DNA of 64,000 bases from Squalus acanthias (Eukaryota): positions 18,540,001 through 18,604,000 of the forward strand of contig CM059433.1 of the NCBI GenBank assembly GCA_030390025.1. The letters run 5' to 3'. How positions within the stretch are numbered: position 1 is the stretch's first letter; the number at the start of each line of letters is the position of its first letter. Below the pieces are notes generated by a model. The model searched no databases and was not told where the DNA came from. It saw only the letters and a program-made list of their open reading frames with translations. This document shows positions 60,621-64,000 of this stretch, piece by piece. The position numbers were made by a program, and so were the translations under genes.

Positions 60621-61055
60621 TTATGGTGGACAATCAGGAAATTCTACTCCAAGTTAACAAACTTTTTAGTGCTTAAAATCGAAGGACTTTTTACTGTTTT
60701 AAATGCTTGTTTTGGAGAATTTTTCTGCCCATCAAGTTCGTGGATGTTGTCAGTTCTGCAGAATGGAACACGTTTCCAAGTGGTCCTAGGGCAGCACAGC
60801 ACAGGTCAGGCACACGACTGTGCTTCTTCTGCTGTACTCCAACAATAGATCCCAAACCCAGTCTCAGAAAGCACCCCGCCACTGCAGGCTGTACTACAGT
60901 GTGAATTGCCTGTTCTCCAAAGGACATATTTGCCTGTTTGCCAACTTGCAGAAGAGTTCCTGTTTTTGATGCAATTAACACTGGCTTCGTGTCACACTCT
61001 GCAAGTTGGCAGGAACATTGCTTTTCCTTGTTGCACATGCTTTTTCTCCTTGCAG

Positions 61056-61197
61056 ATGCAGAAGCCCCAGTGGTAGGAGCTCCGGGAGCCCCGATGGATG
61101 TTATGTATTACGACGCCAACAAGGATTATGTCATCCTCACCTGGAAACCTCCAAATGTAACCAAAGAAAGTCCTGTGATTGGATATTTTGTTGACAG
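61056..61197 (+). CDS. MYOM2: Myomesin-2 exon 11 (Fn3 domain My4, first half)
   Basis: ttgcag|AT...AG|gtatga, 142 nt. (D)AEAPVVGAPGAPMDVMYYDANKDYVILTWKPPNVTKESPVIGYFVD(R). Confidence 0.95.
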
Positions 61198-61549
61198 GTA
61201 TGATTGCTATTGTAAATGTCAGTTCTAGCGGTTAATGCTTTCATGTCAAAGTTGCCGAGTGTAGTAAGATTTATTGAGCATTCATTAACACCTGTGGGGA
61301 ATTCTTCACATGGGCTCCTGATCACCCTTTCCATTCGGGATACCTCTTAACCTGAGATAAAGAATCAAACTCCACTGTTCCCAGTCTTCAGTCTGAGAGA
61401 GGGTGGCAATCGGGCCTTTTGTAAAAATAACAATGAACAGGTTCCTTACAATGAGTTGAATGGCATTAGCGGAGATCTGGATGCAGGTCAGCTGTTAACC
61501 TTTCATTTTCTTCAACATATTGAAGCACAACCAATAACACTAATCTATA

Positions 61550-61770
61550 AAATATGGAAAATGCTGGAAATACTCAGCAGGTCAGGCAGCATCTGTAGAA
61601 CGAGAAACAGAGTTAACGTTTCAGGTCGATGACCCTTCGTCAGAACTGGATCATCGACCTGAAACGTTAACTCTGTTTCTCTCTCTACAGATGCTGCCTG
61701 ACCTGCTGAGTATTTCCAGCTTTTTCTGTTTTTATTTCAGATTTCCAGCATCCGCAGTATTTTGCTTGTG
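61550..61770. mobile_element. Penelope-like inverted terminal-repeat insertion with an intact hammerhead on - strand (61611-61647)
   Basis: Arms ~61563-61632 and 61651-61720, flanked by the direct repeat taacactaat (61535-61544, 61771-61780). Minus strand reads AGUU CUGACGA AGGGUC AUC GACCU GAAACGUU AACU. Confidence 0.82.
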
Positions 61771-61956
61771 TAACACTAATATATATATATATATTAGTGT
61801 GCTACAGCAGGGAACTGGAGAAAAGTCTACTGGTTAATTGTAACCCTATTCATTCTTAATTACCCTGTGCAGTTCATATTGCATTAGTCTCCATTTCTCT
61901 GTTGGTGAAGCTACTTATGGAATTATACAAACAGTACGTAAAAATCAAAATTTTAA

Positions 61957-62680
61957 GGGGGAAAAATTCAGTTGCTTTGCGCCTCCCATTAGTGGCCTAA
62001 GAGGGCGCTAACGGGGCTCAAAGCAAGTAGCACCCGGGCGCGGTGCCGCCAACGCCTCCTGCGAAATTCAGCGGGAGGTTAGCGGCGGCGCTAACCGTTA
62101 GCGCCCTGCGGCGCTGCGCTGCCAGCGATGACGTCATCGCCATGCGCAGCGCCCTGGCCGCAATCTTCAGTAGCGGCCCCTGACTTACCGCCGGACGCTA
62201 TGTCCGACGGGATCAGGGGGGGCCTACCTGCGGCCGGGGTGGCGCTATTTAAAGGCAAGGTGTCGGGTGGCCATTTTTGTTGCTGGCCACCTGCCAGTAC
62301 CTGCCTCCGTTGCTGTCCCTGGCCTCCTGACCCGCCCCCTTTTCTCTTGAGTGCCGGGCTCTTTTCGCCGGCACTCCGATCCCCGGTGGCCCAGCTGGGC
62401 CCCGGGTCACGCTGTGCAAGGCCCCTCCCCTTTAAGAAGGGGAGTAAGGCCTGCAATACCACGGCGCGACGTGCTGCAGCGACTTAGCGCGAGACGCTGC
62501 GGCACTTAGCACCGCGATATTCCCTTGCAGCGCCCCAAGAGGGAGGCGGGGTGCTTCCAGTAGCACCCTGCTTCCCTCTTGGGTCGCTACCACTCAATTT
62601 CGGCCGTGGGGGTGCTAATTTTTCCGGGGCGCTAACAGTAGTTTAGCCCCCAAAGGGGGCGCAACTCAATTTTTTCCCAC
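61957..62680. mobile_element. PIF/Harbinger-type MITE, CpG-rich (young)
   Basis: TIR gggggaaaaattcagttgc / gcaactcaattttttcccac with TAA on both flanks (61954-61956, 62681-62683). Confidence 0.75.
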
Positions 62681-63420
62681 TAACTATCTGTGATATTAAT
62701 GGTTGCCTGTTCTCTGAAGGACATATCCATGCCATGGTCATTTCCTTCATTGTTTTGCTGTCCTATGAAGGATACGCACCCTCAGTTTTCTCAATAGTAT
62801 TTGTGGATTCTCCCTGGATTCCGCATCTCTTCTGATGACACAGTGGGCAATTGACCTACTCTCAAACCTCCACCAGTGCCCCCAAGTTTGGATTGCTGTC
62901 AAGAGACACATAATCCAAACCAAGCATGATTCCTCCATCCAATTCCTCCCCTGCAGACATCGCAACACGACTCCTTCCAACTCTGTGTGGTCCAGGTTGG
63001 GGACTGAGCAGACTGGGTGAATGGTCCTACTCCTTGGTGCTGAGCATTGCTTCCCCAGTGCTCAGTACCACCACACCTCTATCGATATTTAAGAAGTTGA
63101 ATGTGTGCTGTTGCGGGAGAGGAGAGTGGGAATAAGCGAAAGGGAGTGGTCAATAAGGTATAGTTGAGAAGTTTAGTGCAGTTTTGCTGGTCACCAACAA
63201 ATGGGATTCAACAATTCTGCAGCTTTTGTGCATGTAAGTAGTTTTTATGTTAAGACGGTGCAAGAAAATATGAGCTCATTTGGTATTTTGGACAAAACCA
63301 AGCATGTTATGTTAGTTTAAGGGTAAAATGTGTCTTTGCACTCAGGATTTGCCTTGGGGATTTTGCGTAGATGCCTGTGGTTCTCTCAGAATTGTCCGAG
63401 CATTGCCATTGTTTTTGTAG

Positions 63421-63620
63421 ATGTGAAGCCGGAACTGAAAATTGGATCCAGTGCAATGATGCCCCAGTTAAAATTTGCAAATATCCCGTGACTGGCCTGT
63501 TTGAAGGATGTTCCTACATTTTCCGTGTGCGAGCAGTAAACAAGAGTGGTATCAGCAAACCTTCCAGAGTCACAGATGCCGTGACAGCCCTTGACCCTGC
63601 TGATTTGGCTAGGCTGCACA
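63421..63620 (+). CDS. MYOM2: Myomesin-2 exon 12 (Fn3 domain My4, second half); gene continues beyond the window
   Basis: ttgtag|A...A|gtgagt, 200 nt. CEAGTENWIQCNDAPVKICKYPVTGLFEGCSYIFRVRAVNKSGISKPSRVTDAVTALDPADLARLH; the NDAPVKICKYPVTGLFEG segment matches recalled MYOM2. Confidence 0.95.
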
Positions 63621-63829
63621 GTGAGTATCTTTCATTCACAGACTGCATGAGCTTAATTACGCACTTAATCTGATCTTGAGCAGGAGTATTTTTAGTTCTT
63701 TTGAAAAAAAAAAGGGCAGACTTTCAGGCTTCAGGTATTGCGACACAGTTTAAAAGTGACTCTGTAAGAAATAAGGGATGATGCCCACAAATTTTGCCAG
63801 AATCTTCCCCAGAACAAGTGAGGGAACAT

Positions 63830-63968
63830 TGGAAATAACAACAGAAAACGCTGGAAAAACTCAGCAGGTCAGGCAGCATCCGTGGAGAGAGAAACAGAGT
63901 TAACGTTTCAGGTCGAAGTCCTTTCGACAGAACTGGAAAAAAGCAGGAAATGAAATAGATTTTAAGCA
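63830..63968 (-). mobile_element. Penelope-like terminal fragment with a mutated hammerhead (CUGUCGA)
   Basis: Homologous to 25700-25840; one core substitution. Confidence 0.75.
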
Positions 63969-64000
63969 AGGATAACATTGGAACATTGGATATACCTGCA

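Noticed and set aside
62091..62487. GC-rich ORFs on both strands, or a CpG-island promoter
   Set aside because: They lie wholly inside a TIR/TSD-bounded MITE, and long ORFs are expected at this GC content.

Overview
This is eukaryotic vertebrate DNA, almost certainly from a cartilaginous fish (shark), judging by HE1-like V-SINEs, Deu-domain SINEs and abundant CR1, L2 and Penelope elements. The window holds the 5' part of a myomesin-2 (M-protein, MYOM2) gene on the + strand. A candidate muscle promoter and non-coding exon 1 lie at ~9.1-9.26 kb. Eleven coding exons (15717-63620) join through GT-AG sites into one open frame, covering the unique head, Ig domains My2 and My3 and the first fibronectin type III domain; the gene continues past the window end. 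Almost all other ORFs in the track are retroelement fragments or spurious. Most notable: (1) Penelope-like element ends carrying minimal hammerhead ribozymes, including a perfect 90-bp-arm palindrome with a ribozyme core on each strand, while every sense-strand copy is mutated, truncated or sequestered; (2) a frame-preserving cryptic exon inside a Harbinger-type MITE in intron 2; (3) inverted LINE pairs flanking the start-codon exon and the promoter; (4) a CR1 family with a duplicated 3' tail. I see no evidence for a wholly new multi-gene system. Family names come from recalled motifs, not database searches.
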